Assembly: GCA_964016885.1 (NCBI GenBank)
Contig: OZ024761.1
Span: 434,001 to 498,000 of the forward strand
Direction of reading: 5' to 3'
Origin: Eledone cirrhosa
Lineage: Eukaryota
DNA: 64,000 nt
Shown here piece after piece: positions 41,625 to 58,403 of the stretch (the stretch's first letter is position 1; the number at the start of each line of letters is the position of its first letter). The position numbers and the translations under genes are program-made. The notes beneath the pieces are model-generated. The model did no database searches, had not been told where the DNA came from, and worked only from the letters and a program-made list of their open reading frames with translations.

Positions 41625-44345
41625 ATCAAAAGATGGTTAAAAGAGTTCCAAGTATTTTATTATGCGCATTTCAAAAACAAATATCATCATGGGATGATAT
41701 TTGCGTTCTCATCAGATAAAATAGGGAGACATGATATGAAGCTTAAAAAACACTTGTGAGCAGTGAAGTTTTAAATCAACATATGAAAAATAAAAGTAAA
41801 GTGGATATATATGAGATTGGGAAAAAAAAGAGGGGGCGGGTAGAAAAAGGTAAGGAAGAGGAAGAAAGAAAATAAAGGATGGAGGGGGGGGGGTATAAGA
41901 AGGAAGGGTGAGAGAGGAGGAGAAATGAGTGATAGAGAGAGAGAAATAGCCTTTACAACTGAGAAAACATTGTCTCACAGAGAGAAGTTAAAAAACCGTT
42001 GGGAGATAATAGATAATTTAAAAAGATTTTGAAATTAAAAGTTAATGAGGTTTATGGATGTTGATGTTTATGATTGAAGAAAAAGGAATTAGGAATAGTA
42101 TTAATTTAGGTTTATATATTGAAGGGTTTAATAATATGTGCGAAAAAAAAAAGAATTTATTAATATGTATTATTAAAATAAAAATATTAAGGATATTAAG
42201 GATATAATGTGAAAGAAGGAGAAGAATAAATGAATTATGAACTTAGAGGAATTAGTTAGGGTTTAAGTTTGTTTTTATGTATTGTAATATGAAAAAGTAA
42301 ATAGGTTTAAAACGAGCATGGAAGGAGAGAAGAAAAAAGAGAATTTAAGGAAGAAAAAATATCTAACGTCAAAAAGTATATATGTTTACAAAAATTTACT
42401 AATGGTAATATTATTATATATTAAAAAATATATAGTTTCTATGGCCAATAATATTATGAAAAATGGGAAAATGGAGAATGCTGTAGTGAGTAATAATATG
42501 AATTGAGAAGTAATTGGGAAGTAAAAGTTACAGATTAAAGATTAGAAATTAAAAAAGAAAAAAGGAAGAAAGGAAAAAGGATAAAAAGAAAAAAAATAGG
42601 GGATCACAACGACATAGAGTGAGTAAATTGTATAATATAATATACTGAAATAAGGTAGAAAGATGGGTATATTTGTAAAAGATATAAAAGCCTTTGAGAA
42701 AAGAAGATTTAAAACTAATTAGGTATTGAGATATAAGCTGTATACTTTATGGAATGTTCTATGGGATTTATGCAAGCAGAGCGAAAATAAATCCGTACGT
42801 CTATTTATTATAGAATTAAAATTAGATATAATGGTAAATTTATAATGGAGATTACATGTTCTGGATAGGGAAGAATTCAGGTAAGGAAAGGCGTTGCAAA
42901 CCTTCCTCCAAGAGATGTTATAGTTAATATTTTTGTCTTTTAAGGATCATATGAGTTCCGAGAGAGCCGTGTTAGTTCTTTTAAGTTGGTATTTAAAAGA
43001 CGAATTGTGATTATAAAATCTTGCTTTAAAGGAAGTGGAAATGGAACCGAAATAGGTAAAAGAATTAGTACTAGTTATAACCTTACATTCATATACTAAG
43101 TTTTTATCAAGACATTGGTTATTAAGAGGACATTTAGTTCTAACAGGGAAATTACAATTACGATTAGAGAAATTAACAGAGTTATTAACAAGTGACCTAG
43201 TATTATTTATAGAAGGAATTGGATTGGAGAAGTTATTTACGATAGGAACTATAGTTTCCTGATTTAGATTGGTATTATGAACATTCAACGAAGTTACGTT
43301 TGACGTCGTATTTAAATTTACTGAATTTAACCTAGAGTTAACATTGACGCCGGGTATACTACTGCTATTATTATGACGCTCAATGTTGGATGGATGTAAT
43401 TTATTACTTAATATTTTATTATTGTGTTTAGAGATAATGTTAGAGATGTTGGAAGTGGTGGAATAAGAGAATTTTATTGTATGTTTGTTAAAGATTTTAC
43501 TATAGATATGCGAGGGAGGGAAGCATATATCTAAGGCCCTAAAGAATAAATTAGGAATATTATTAGTGATAGATAGAGAAAAATGAGCATTATACCAAAT
43601 CATATTTTTGTATCTAGGTCTTTTATTTAAGTTATTGGAATGTTCAAAATTAACTATTTTACTATAAGTCCTTCGATGATTGGTTTCTTTACTGTATTTA
43701 ATTTTATCAGGATAGCCGGCTTTGGAAAGCGGATTATTATAGTAATAGAAACAATTATTATAGTAATTGGCATTAGCGTCGAAGATAACTTTATTAGAGG
43801 ATAGATTTGAGATTCTTTTTACAATATTACTGACTATAGCATTTTTAACGTTAGTGGGGTGTTTAGATTTATAATTAACATAATTTAGATTCTCATTGTT
43901 TTTATGGTAAGGGTAATATAGGCCAGTGTCAAGATTAAGGGATATATCCAAGAAGTTCGCTAGTTTGACGTTGTTATCAAATTCAATTTTAAGGTTATGG
44001 TGCTTAAATAGATCAAGTATATTGTTCTTAATAATATTAAGGTTAACTAAGTTACAGTTTAAGACAGTAAAAAGGCCATCGTCACAATAAATTCCAACAC
44101 GAAGTTGAGGGATTTTCCGATTTAAAGAATTCAGAATAAAGATACCAATCAAATCCGTCAATTGCGATGAATCGGAAGCACCCATTGTGATATCAAAAGT
44201 GTTGGAAGTATCAGCTCTAGTCTAATATTCATTGTTGAATTCCAAGATAGTTTTTCTTGCGGTGAGAATGATGTAAAGTTCATCTGTGGTAATGTCAGAA
44301 TATTTAAATGCGAAAGATAGAGCGTTGTTGAGGAGTGAAGGTGAA
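41621..44345 (-). mobile_element. 5'-truncated, decaying Penelope-like element (RT + GIY-YIG; main ORF 42947-44185)
   Basis: FDITMGASDS..DLIG, GIYCDDGL (YRDD-like), NFLDISLNL, PYHK..YVN.KSKHP, CPL..CL, YFGS..FKARF; frameshift near 42947. Confidence 0.9.
41653..41723 (-). ncRNA. Type I hammerhead ribozyme at the 3' end of the Penelope element
   Basis: TATTTTAT-CTGATGA-gaacGCAAATATCATC-ccat-GATGATATTTGTtttt-GAAA-tgcgc-ATA-ATAAAATA; 8-bp stem I, palindromic stem III ATGCGCAT. Confidence 0.85.
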
Positions 44346-44779
44346 ATACATCTATATATATATATAGATGTATGCATGTATGTTGATATATGTATGTATA
44401 TATCCGTTCTTGTCTGATGACCCTGCGATAAACAGGCGAGACTTCAGAGAAATAAAACTTGCTATTTAGACTTAATAAAATACACACATATATATGTGTG
44501 TGTCTGAGTGGGGGAGTTATGATTGTTATGGAGTACCTAACTTTGTGGAATTTTTCAAACTTTGAAAGGGTACCAACCATTTGTATTTGTGTATTTTACA
44601 GAAAGGACGGCCTAGCAATCTCATACGAAATGAATGGATTCATCAAGAATAGATTTAGAAAGAAACTTAATGAAAACAGTCAAATGATTTAACTTAAACA
44701 TAAATGTTAACACCACTGTAACGCTTGCTAACTTATTACACATATTAGATTCAAACAAAACCAAAGACAACACTTAGAG

Positions 44780-45558
44780 CAGGAGTCCCCAAGCTTTTTA
44801 GACCATCGACCCCTCATACAAAAAAAAAATTAATAATTGTTTCTATTTTTGACACAAGGCCAGCAATTATCCAGTGCATTACTGGTACTTTATTTTATCG
44901 ACCCCGTAAGGACGAAAGGCAAAGTTATCCTCGGTGGGATTTGAACCCAGACCATAAAGGGGCGTAACTCTATGCTGCAAGGCATGGCGTCCGACCCTCT
45001 ACCGATACTGCCAATCCACCACCCTAATTAATAATTGTTTCTACTTTTGGCACAAGGCCAACAATTATCCCAGTGTATTACTGGTACTTTATTCTATCGA
45101 CCCTGTAAGGTTGAAAGGCAAAGTTAACCTCGAGTAGATGCGCAATATCAATGTACATCAGTATGGGAAACAGCATACCAAACCCTGCATTCAATATACA
45201 TAAGTATGGGAAATAGCATACTATGCCCAGCAAAGCGGTTGTTCTGTATCCCCCTCCCACTGTGTATAGTTTTGTCACCATCCACTTCCTTCGTCAGTCA
45301 TCACGTAGATATTTTTGCTTCATTGCGTGACGTCAAATGAATATATACACACACAAAGGCTATTATTAAAGTCAATAATTAAAAATGTGTATCAGCAAGT
45401 TGTATTTTATATATTCTTATTTCGGATACGAATGTCAACATTAGACCCCAAATGTTCAATCGACCCTTGGCTGCTATCGACCCACTTTTCACACCCAACC
45501 CCATCCAGGTATTTATCGACCACTTGAAGAACCCCATCGACCACTTTGGAAACCTCTG
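44780..45558. mobile_element. hAT (Charlie-type) MITE with two nested tandem SINEs (44831-45024 and 45030-45132, minus)
   Basis: TIRs caggagtccccaa / ttggaaacctctg; 8-bp TSD acttagag / actttgag; subterminal atcgacc repeats. Confidence 0.7.
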
Positions 45559-45825
45559 ACTTTGAGGAAGTGGATTTCTGATATATCTCTCTTTTACTCT
45601 TTTACCTGTTTCAGCCATCCGGCTGAGGCCATGCTGGGGAACCGCCCTATCTATCTATATATATATATAAAGTTGTTTGTTTGTTTACGAACTATTCCTA
45701 CGGTTTTGGAGATATATCCCCATAAACATAAATATTCTGAAACTACATTGCCCAGAGTAATTGGATAGTATATATATATCGGAACACTAGAAAAGTTTAG
45801 AAATATCTATCTATCTATCTATCTA

Positions 45826-45912
<87 letters not shown>

Positions 45913-46358
45913 TTAAACTTTGCTAGTGCTCCGATGATTCCAAAGGAAAGTTTGGAAGAAACGATTGTCAGTAATAAAATGTTTTGAACATAGCTTTGAT
46001 TATTCTGTAATTTATATATATATATATATATATATATTAATATAGAAATGGCTTCTACAGGACTAGAACTGTTTCATTGATGTCTATTAAATGAAATAGT
46101 TCTAGTCATGTAAAAGCCATTTCTATATTAAACTTGATGCTTACACTCTACTAATGTATTGAGTGCCTTACTAACTGTGGTTACTCCGATTGAAGCCGGG
46201 ACCCATATATTTGAAAATGGAACTAAGGTTCTATACAAAACAAGGATCATAGAAGAAGGTGAGATTGGAGATAGCACTGAAAATATATTTAAGGGGCTGC
46301 TTTTCTTTTTGTTTCCTATTCTTTCATTCGTCAAAGTGGCATTATTGAAAATATTGAT

Positions 46359-46933
<575 letters not shown>

Positions 46934-47020
46934 CATATATATATATATACATATATATATATACATATATATATATACATATATATATATATACATATAT
47001 ATATATACATATATACATAT

Positions 47021-49042
<2,022 letters not shown>

Positions 49043-49190
49043 TTCTACCTGGAGTTGCGACCGATAGATAGTATTAGCAATTGGAAAGACCAACGGAAAC
49101 ATTGTTTCTTCGGTACGATTTGACGAAAGCCGGTCGACTGTCGATATAATAATATATGAAGTGTTTTGCTCAAGAACACAACGCATACAC

Positions 49191-49236
<46 letters not shown>

Positions 49237-49250
49237 ATATATATATTAGT

Positions 49251-49512
49251 ATCAGTGCTTTGAAATAGCTATGTATGTATATAACGTATGTATAGTATAT
49301 TTGATAATATTCTGTATGTTTATTTTAAAACATTTTGAAGACCATTCGCTGTGAGTTTTAAAGTAGTGACTATGTCACTTACATTGTCTCGGCAAAAATA
49401 AAGGGAAGCAACCGACAGCTGTTCCTGGTTTGTTAACGGTTATCAAGATTGCTTATCTCCTCGCTTCTGCCGAGACTTATCGAAGCTGGATTCTTATAGA
49501 ATTCCAGTGATA
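49251..49512 (-). mobile_element. Diverged relative of the 312-nt hammerhead unit with a degenerate core (49386-49476)
   Basis: Shares tgaaatagc, aatattctgtatgttta, aaacattttgaagacc and aagggaag.aacc with 50645-50800. Confidence 0.65.
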
Positions 49513-49706
49513 TAGAGAGGCGTTAAGAAGATGTAGAGGAGAAATTAAAGGATAGATATATATATAAGGAAAAAAGATGAAATCGAAAATGCAGCTGGAG
49601 TCTTTTTTTTTTTAAATATATATTTATTTGGTTTCTTTACCGGCCGGTTTCGCAGTTCTTCTGCTTTTCAAAAGTAGAATTGAGATGGAGCGTTTGTGGT
49701 TTTTCT

Positions 49707-49813
<107 letters not shown>

Positions 49814-50149
49814 AAGGGAGAGAGGGAGAGAGAGAGGAAGTGGAAAAATCAAAGGATGAAAGTCAAAGTTGACCTCGGCAGGATTCTATCCGACGTTTTA
49901 ACAAATCTGCCAATTCGCCAAACACTTATGCACTATTCTCTCATAAATATATAACCAATAACTACATTTGCCGTATATACGTCTGCAATGTATATTGTAA
50001 CCTTTAATCGTATAGAGAAGCTATAGCAACTATGTCAAATCTCCGTTTTTACTTATTAATAACGCGCAGCTGTTACACATGCTGCACACACATATATACA
50101 GACGCACACACACGCACACACACACACGTATATATATATATGTACTAAT

Positions 50150-50393
50150 AATAATTGTTTCTGCTTTTGGCACAGAGCCAGCAATTATGCTAGTGTATTA
50201 CTGGTACTTTATTTTATCGACCCTGTAAGGATGAAAGGCAAAGTTAACCTCGGCGGGATTTGAACTCGGTCCTTAAAGGGACGTAACTATATATATATAA
50301 TTGTTTCTAGTTTTGGCACAAGGCCAGCAATTAACCAGTGTATTACTGGTACTTTATTTTATCAACCCCATAAGGATGAAAGGCAAAGTTAAC
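50150..50393 (-). mobile_element. Two tandem truncated tRNA-derived SINEs
   Basis: Match to 37071-37255. Confidence 0.85.
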
Positions 50394-50528
50394 TGGATTT
50401 GCGATTGCAACTGACAGATAGTATTAGCAATTGGAAAGACCAATGGAAACATTGTTTCCTCGGTCCGATTTGATGAGCTCCACCCCATTCGCTTAACGAA
50501 TGGGGTCTGGGATCTTGTTGATCGACTG

Positions 50529-51458
<930 letters not shown>

Positions 51459-51605
51459 CTCCACTCTGTTCTTATTATATACACTCTACTCTGCATCGAG
51501 GGCTGACCATTTCACCATTTTCACCATTTTCTACGGATTTGCTTATATATAAAATAAAATAAAAATGGCGTAGACATTACAATACAATAGGAGAGAACAT
51601 AATAG

Positions 51606-51649
51606 TACCACTGATGATGTTGCAGATGTGCAACGAAAGAACTTTGATA
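51606..51649 (+). ncRNA. Candidate minimal hammerhead
   Basis: tacca-CTGATGA-tGTTGCA-gatg-TGCAAC-GAAA-gaac-TT-tgata; weak stem I. Confidence 0.45.
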
Positions 51650-51840
51650 AACTATATATATATATATATTTATATCTGTATTTTTAACCGTTGGTCAATC
51701 AATGGATGAACATTGATTGCGAAATAAATTAACTATGGAGATATAAAAGATAGAGAAGCGAAAACCAACCAAACAGTGAGTGTGTTCTGTTATTACTTCT
51801 AGCAATATTATTACAACCATATGACCCTCCCCAAGTATAA

Positions 51841-51918
<78 letters not shown>

Positions 51919-51965
51919 TACCAAGATAATAATAAATGGAAACTATATTCATATAACCACATTTA

Positions 51966-52026
51966 TTTTATTATATATATTTCAAGGGTGACCAAGTAAA
52001 TCTTGGTGCGCTTTCATCAGATAAAA
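51966..52026 (-). ncRNA. Type I hammerhead ribozyme (relative of the 38270/53976 family)
   Basis: TTTTAT-CTGATGA-AAGcgcACCAAG-attta-CTTGGTcaccCTT-GAAA-tatat-ATA-ATAAAA. Confidence 0.75.
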
Positions 52027-52113
52027 TACAAAATTTATTTTGTAAATAATGACATACCCATGGAAATCACACCTTAACGGTCCGAAAATTCGATCGTTTC
52101 TGTGTAATGTGAC

Positions 52114-52148
<35 letters not shown>

Positions 52149-52339
52149 GAGGTTATATTTAATTTGTTGGGATTCAACAAGCTTAAACATTTTTATAACT
52201 GATATAAAACACTCAACAGTTTAGTCGAGTAAATACACAATATATTAATAAATGGAAAATATATTTATAAAACCATATTTATAACCTTTAATCGATGTAA
52301 ATATCTCTCTCCTGCACGATCGTTTCTGTGTAATGTGAC

Positions 52340-52373
<34 letters not shown>

Positions 52374-52575
52374 GTCACATTACACAAAAGATCGTGCAGG
52401 AGAGAGATATTTACATCTATATAACTAAACGCAGCCAACTGTCTACAGTAAACTAAATGTGTGCACTCTGAAAAGTTAATTGCAGGTGTATAACTGCAAT
52501 TGGCCAGATTATTGAATTAGCTAGCCACTGGCCGGAGGATGGTGTATTTATACCAGTGATCTTCGTTACTTTTGT

Positions 52576-52838
52576 TTATATGTCTAGGGCGGCTTCTCTC
52601 CAGCGGTCTCTGTCCCTCATCATCGCTGGCATATCCTGCGTCTCCAAGAGACGAGTGTCTGTCCTTAGGGCATCAACATATGTTAACCTCGGTCTCCCAC
52701 TTCCAGTGTGTCCACGCAGGGGCTCCCACAGGAGCACTGAGTGCAGTGTCAACTCTGGATGTCGGTGAGCATGTCCAGCTAACCTCAGTCTCCTGTGCTA
52801 CGCTGGAGCTGACATTTGGGAGGCTCCCATACAGCTCT

Positions 52839-52845
<7 letters not shown>
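52576..52845 (-). mobile_element. RTE-clade LINE 3' fragment
   Basis: Minus-strand translation ELYGSLPNVS..RLAGHAHRHPE..LLWEP..GRPRLTYVDALRTD..MMRDRDRWRE*. Confidence 0.75.
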
Positions 52846-52904
<59 letters not shown>

Positions 52905-53155
52905 GTTTCTACTTCTGGCCCAAGGCCAGCAATTATCCCAGTGTATTACTGGTACTTTATTTTATCGACCCCGTAAAGGATAAAAGGCAAAGTTAAATAT
53001 ATAATATTCTTTACACAGCGTGGTAAGAAATTCTCAGGAGAGCTGGACATCAAGTCTACGGAGAAGAAACCCCTCCTCCACGCAGTGTTTCGGCCTTTAA
53101 CTATCTGAAAAAATGCAATGAACAACGGGGACAGTAACATTAGTAAAATCATGCT

Positions 53156-53200
<45 letters not shown>

Positions 53201-53636
53201 AATGGCGGATCTAGCTGTGGAAACGGTCGGAGCTCAGCCGTCGGGGTCCTGACTCTTTTCCTATGACGTATTATCTTCGTTTTTTTTTCGTTCATTGCCA
53301 GAGAACGTCTCTATGCACCACCTAAGAGAATATTAGTCTACGACTTCTTTTATACCATCAACGTGGTTCTGTCTTTGCGTGTAATTGTTTTTCACCGCTC
53401 CTATTAATGACGTATTATATTCGTTTTTTCCCGTTCTTAGCCAGCGAACGTTTCCACGAACCAAAGTATCGTCTTCCTGTCTTCCTCCGGTTGCAACGTT
53501 TTTTGAAATATCCAGTTCTGCGTTTACAGATTGACTTTGTTAGTCTCAGAAGATCCCGTTAAGGGTGAAAGCAGCGATTCTTTGCTTAAACTTTAATATG
53601 TTATTTTAATAAATATATATATATATATATATATAT

Positions 53637-54078
53637 GCAAAAGTTTTATTTAAGATTGTTGGGTTACAACGAGTAAATATTTTATAACTGATATAAAAGC
53701 ACTCAACAGTTTCTGGAGTAGGTTTACGATATTAAACAAATGGAAACTATATTTATAAAACCATATTTATTTCGTTATATATATTTCTGGGATATCATAT
53801 TAAAAATATGGTATGCCTTCCTCAGACAAAATACAATACATAAGCTGTTTTATAAATAATTAGTGACATACCTTGTAATAATGCAACTTCCATTTAAAAA
53901 TCAACTTTTTAAATGGAAGTTGCATTATTACAAGGTATGTCACTAATTATTTATAAAACAGCTTATGTATTGTATTTTGTCTGAGGAAGGCATACCATAT
54001 TTTTAATATGATATCCCAGAAATATATATAACGAAATAAATATGGTTTTATAAATATAGTTTCCATTTGTTTAATATC

Positions 54079-54081
<3 letters not shown>
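53637..54081. mobile_element. Fold-back mini Penelope-type insert (176-bp arms 53725-53900 / 53906-54081) with a hammerhead at 53976-54035 (+) and its mirror
   Basis: Palindrome with 5-nt loop tcaac; tttgt-CTGAGGA-aggc..-GAAA-tatat-ATA-acgaa. Confidence 0.8.
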
Positions 54082-54134
<53 letters not shown>

Positions 54135-54141
<7 letters not shown>

Positions 54142-54942
54142 TTAGGTAAGCAAAACAAGACCACAAATTTCACAAGCAAGATATTATTTAAAGATTGTCA
54201 ACATAGTTGTAGTTGAATGTAAAGAATAATAATAATAATTGTTTCTACTTTAGGCACAAGGCCATCAATTATCCAGTACATTACTGGTACTTTATTTTAT
54301 CGACCCCGTAAGGATGAAAGGCAAAGTTAACCTTGGCGGGATTTTAACTCAGACTGTAAAGGGACGTAACTATGCTAGAAAGCATGGCGTCCAATCCTCT
54401 ACCGTAAAGAATAATAATAATAATGATTTATTTTGTTTCGCTACTCCATATAATGTTTCTGGATCAAATGATTATAGATCATTATTGATCTTGTTCAGTT
54501 GAAGATAATTAACTTAGATAAAATTGGAGCAGTTCATCGGAACTTCAAAAAGAATATAAATTAAGGTAAAAAAGATGGTTACATGAATGTAATGTTCCAT
54601 ATATTGATATTTCACTACGGTGTCCTGGGTATATCTATTGTCTGCCATAGGCGAGCAATATTCTTCTGTCGAGGCTGCATTATGTGAGATCTGCCTATGG
54701 GTAACAAGATGGCCGCCAAAGGATATATTTATCTTACTTTAACTGAACCCGATCGATAATGATCTATAATCATTTGATCCAGAAACATTATATGGAGTAG
54801 CGAAACAATTGTAAACGGACATTATTAGTATTATTATTATTATTCTTTACATTCCTTACATTAAACTAAAATATGTTGACAATCTTTAAATAATGTCTTC
54901 CTTGTGAAATTTGTGGTCTTGTTTTGCTTAACTAATGAATAT
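54135..54942. mobile_element. Older fold-back element (arms ~54135-54510 / ~54728-54942) with a SINE inserted in the left arm (54240-54403, minus)
   Basis: Inverted homology of the arms; SINE flanked by gtaaagaataataataataat at 54219-54239 and 54404-54424. Confidence 0.7.
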
Positions 54943-55110
54943 TTCCAGCTCTGTGCACCTAACCTCTGCATGAACGCAGCCACCTAGCTGCCTTCCACTG
55001 CATATTGTACATTGAGCACATGCCTTTAAGCTTTGGCTTCTAACTAATTCACCAATCTCTCTTCTCCTCTCCTATCTCCATCTCTCTCTTTAAGATTGGT
55101 TACTCTTGAA

Positions 55111-55180
<70 letters not shown>

Positions 55181-55581
55181 CTTGAAAGCAAACAAATCTG
55201 CTTTCAGTCGTCAGAATGAAAAAATAAAAACACCAGGATTTTTTCATTCTGATGACTGAAAGCAGATTTGTTTGCTTTATATAATAATAATAATAATAAT
55301 AATAATGAAATTATTGTGTACAGTGCTCAGGTGCACTACAACTCATCAAAGGTGCATGTATAGTACATAGAATAATGTACAAATGTCAGGAAAATAAACA
55401 GTGTATGAGTCATGATATAATAACAATAACAATAATGAAATATTGTGCACAGTGCCCAGGTGCACCACAACTCATCAAAAAAGTGCATGTACAGTACATA
55501 GGGCAATGCACAAACATCAGTAAAATGAACAGTGCACGAGTCATGATACACACATGTGTGCATGTGTATGGAAGGGGTACA

Positions 55582-58347
55582 TCAGGTGTAGTTTTGGCGT
55601 ATTTCGGGAAGCATGAATGTCTTAAAGGATGCAGTGTCTCGGCAGCTAACAATTGACGCAGGCAGTTTGTTCCATGCTTCGGCAACTCTGAGCGTCAAAA
55701 AATGTCTGCGAAAGTCATGGGAGCTGTGCTGTTTTCTTATCTTGTAGGCATGTCCACGTGTGTTAGACACATGGAGATCAAAGAGGTGCTCAGGGTTGCA
55801 GTTGGCGAGATGGTTAAAAACTTTGTGGGTATTCACCAAGTCCATTGCCAGACGTCGGAGCTTCAATGAATCCATGCCCAGGGAAGCAAGGCGTTCAGAG
55901 TATGGTAGGTGTCTGATGGAGGGTATGCGCTTGGTTGCACGTCTCTGAACAGTTTCCAGGAGGTCAATGTTCCGAGCAAGATAGGGGTTCCAGACTGATG
56001 ATGCGAATTCCAAGTGTGGTCGCACCATAGCTGTATACAGTTTTAAATAGATGGCTGGAGAGCGGCTAACAAAGGTCTTGCTGAGTGATGCCAAGACACC
56101 CTCGGCCTTCTTGACAATCTTAGAGACATGCTTTGTCCAACGCAAATCGTTGCTGACAGTAATGCCCAGGTCACGTTCACAAGAGGACTTTTTGATGTCA
56201 GTGTTGTGGAGGGAGTATGTGGACGCTGGATTTTTCCTTCCAAAATGCATGGTGGTACACTTGTCCACAGCCAGCTTCAGTTGCCAGTCTGTGATCCATT
56301 GCTGCATTGTGTCCAGGTCCGATTGTAGGAAAGAGTTGTAAATTTCAGGATCAGTCCTTTTGATTTCAAGGTACAGCTTGATGTCATCTGCATATTTTAG
56401 TACCGTGGCATTCTGTAAGTTGGCATCTATGTCATTAATATATGCCACAAACAAAAGAGGACCAAGAACAGATCCCTGTGGTACACCAGATGACATCTCA
56501 TATGGTGAAGAATGCTGTCCTAGAACCGTGACTACTTCCTTTCGGCTGAGAATGAAGGATTTCAGCCAGTCGAAAAGATCATCCCTCACACCCATTGCAG
56601 AGAGTTTTGCCATAAGTCTTTTGTGTGGCACAGAATTAAAAGCCTTAGCAAAGTCAAGGTAAACAACATCCACCCATGAGCCGCTGTCAGTGATCCGGGT
56701 GATGTCCACAAGGAACTCGATAAGCTGATCACAGCAGCTGGAGTTAGGGATAAATCCAAACTGTGAGGGCCGGATGAGGCTGTGAGAGCTCCAGAAGTTC
56801 CAAAGTGTTTCTCTGACACAGGATTCCATCAGTTTGGCCATACAGCTAGTAAGACTGACTGGACGATAGTTGACAGGTGACATGCGGTTGCCCTTTTTGA
56901 ACAGGGGAATGACACTGGCAGTTTTCCACTGCTCTGGAGTAGCACCATTGCTGAGACAGTATTGAAAGAAAAAAGAAAGCTGGCGCAAAAGGAAATCTCC
57001 GCCACGTTTGAGAAGCAGGTATGTCACACCATCAAGACCAGGGGAGGCATAGTTGCGCTTATTCTTAAGGTGACGTCGCAACATTGCAGGTGTAGATTCC
57101 ATAGTTGTTATGGAATTTGATGTTAGAGATGGTGGAGATGGTACATTCTGGTTTTCAACAGTAAAAATACTTGCATAGCACTCAGCAATGAGTTCTGCGC
57201 ATTCCTTGGGATCGTCAGTGATCTGGCTTGTGTGGGGATTGCGAAGAGGACCAACTGGAGAGTGAGGTCTCTGCTTTGAATGAACATATTTCCAGAACAC
57301 CTTACTGTCAGGATTGGTTGCTATGCACTGTTCAAATTCAAGCACTGCCTTCTTTGTCACTTGCTTGAGATGGTTAGAAGATTTATTCCGCTTTTTTCTG
57401 TTGGCATCTGATCTATGCAGTTTATATTCCCGTTCAGCGTTCCGACGCTCTTTCCTGGCAAGTCGGACCGCTGAAGTTTCCCAGATTGCACTTTTGGGGT
57501 GGTTATTTTTCCGCTTCCGTGGCACTGATGCTGCACACGCTATCCATATTGAGTCCAGGATGCTCTGGATTATAGAGTTCACATCTCCAGAGTTATACAT
57601 CTCATGCCAGTTTGGGCGCTGTAGCTCAGTGCAGTACAAGTTCCAATCCTCCCTCTTCCAATCAAAGCAAGCAGATTGGAGATGGCTCTGGTTTTTGTTT
57701 CTGTCCTCAAGTGCCAGATTGGCAATGATCATACCATGATCAGAGTCGCCTAGAGGTTCCTCAGTAGTACAACTGATAACCACTTCAGGAGTAGTGGTGA
57801 AGATCAGGTCCAAAGTGTTGTCACCTCTTGTTGGAGAGGTGACTACTTGTGACCAGTTTGAGTTCAGCACTAGTTCAAGGAAATCGTTTGCACCCTGTGG
57901 CCAACGAAAGGTTTCCCAATCGATCTCAGGATGATTGAAGTCACCTGCAATAAACACATAAGTGGCTGTTTTCTTGGCAGCAACTCTGAGGATATCGCAA
58001 AGCTGTGTGTCCTGATGGTAGTTTGGGGGGCGATAAACAACACCAAGCAGAAGTGTTGACATGGTCATACGTATGTCACAGAAAAAAACTTCTTCCTGTG
58101 ATTCGTTCAAATCAACGCAAGGAATTACCGAAAAGTTTGAACGAACGTAGACCATCACACCACCACCACGGCGGTTAATGCGGTCCTTGCGGAAAAGGTT
58201 GTACCCAGTAATGGTGAAAACCCCATCACAGAGTAAGGAATGTGCCCATGTTTCCGTGACTGTGATGAAGTCAGGGTCGATGCTTCTGACGTAGGATTCG
58301 AACAGATGTATCTTGTTGCATAAACTGCGAGCATTTAAGGACAACAA
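55582..58347 (-). CDS. LINE ORF2: APE endonuclease + reverse transcriptase
   Basis: LNARSL.NK, VTETW, GGGV, YRPP, GDFN, LDLI, SDH; NYRPVSLTS, LDFAKAF, GVPQGSVLGP, KYADD; CR1-type C-terminus RPHLEF..VWNP, TRGH, WNKLP. Confidence 0.95.
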   Translation of the reverse strand: MLSLNARSLCNKIHLFESYVRSIDPDFITVTETWAHSLLCDGVFTITGYNLFRKDRINRRGGGVMVYVRSNFSVIPCVDLNESQEEVFFCDIRMTMSTLLLGVVYRPPNYHQDTQLCDILRVAAKKTATYVFIAGDFNHPEIDWETFRWPQGANDFLELVLNSNWSQVVTSPTRGDNTLDLIFTTTPEVVISCTTEEPLGDSDHGMIIANLALEDRNKNQSHLQSACFDWKREDWNLYCTELQRPNWHEMYNSGDVNSIIQSILDSIWIACAASVPRKRKNNHPKSAIWETSAVRLARKERRNAEREYKLHRSDANRKKRNKSSNHLKQVTKKAVLEFEQCIATNPDSKVFWKYVHSKQRPHSPVGPLRNPHTSQITDDPKECAELIAECYASIFTVENQNVPSPPSLTSNSITTMESTPAMLRRHLKNKRNYASPGLDGVTYLLLKRGGDFLLRQLSFFFQYCLSNGATPEQWKTASVIPLFKKGNRMSPVNYRPVSLTSCMAKLMESCVRETLWNFWSSHSLIRPSQFGFIPNSSCCDQLIEFLVDITRITDSGSWVDVVYLDFAKAFNSVPHKRLMAKLSAMGVRDDLFDWLKSFILSRKEVVTVLGQHSSPYEMSSGVPQGSVLGPLLFVAYINDIDANLQNATVLKYADDIKLYLEIKRTDPEIYNSFLQSDLDTMQQWITDWQLKLAVDKCTTMHFGRKNPASTYSLHNTDIKKSSCERDLGITVSNDLRWTKHVSKIVKKAEGVLASLSKTFVSRSPAIYLKLYTAMVRPHLEFASSVWNPYLARNIDLLETVQRRATKRIPSIRHLPYSERLASLGMDSLKLRRLAMDLVNTHKVFNHLANCNPEHLFDLHVSNTRGHAYKIRKQHSSHDFRRHFLTLRVAEAWNKLPASIVSCRDTASFKTFMLPEIRQNYT

Positions 58348-58403
58348 TTTGTACCCTGCTCGCAGTTTATGATGGTGTGTAGAGGGTGGCAGATTGTTCT
58401 GGT

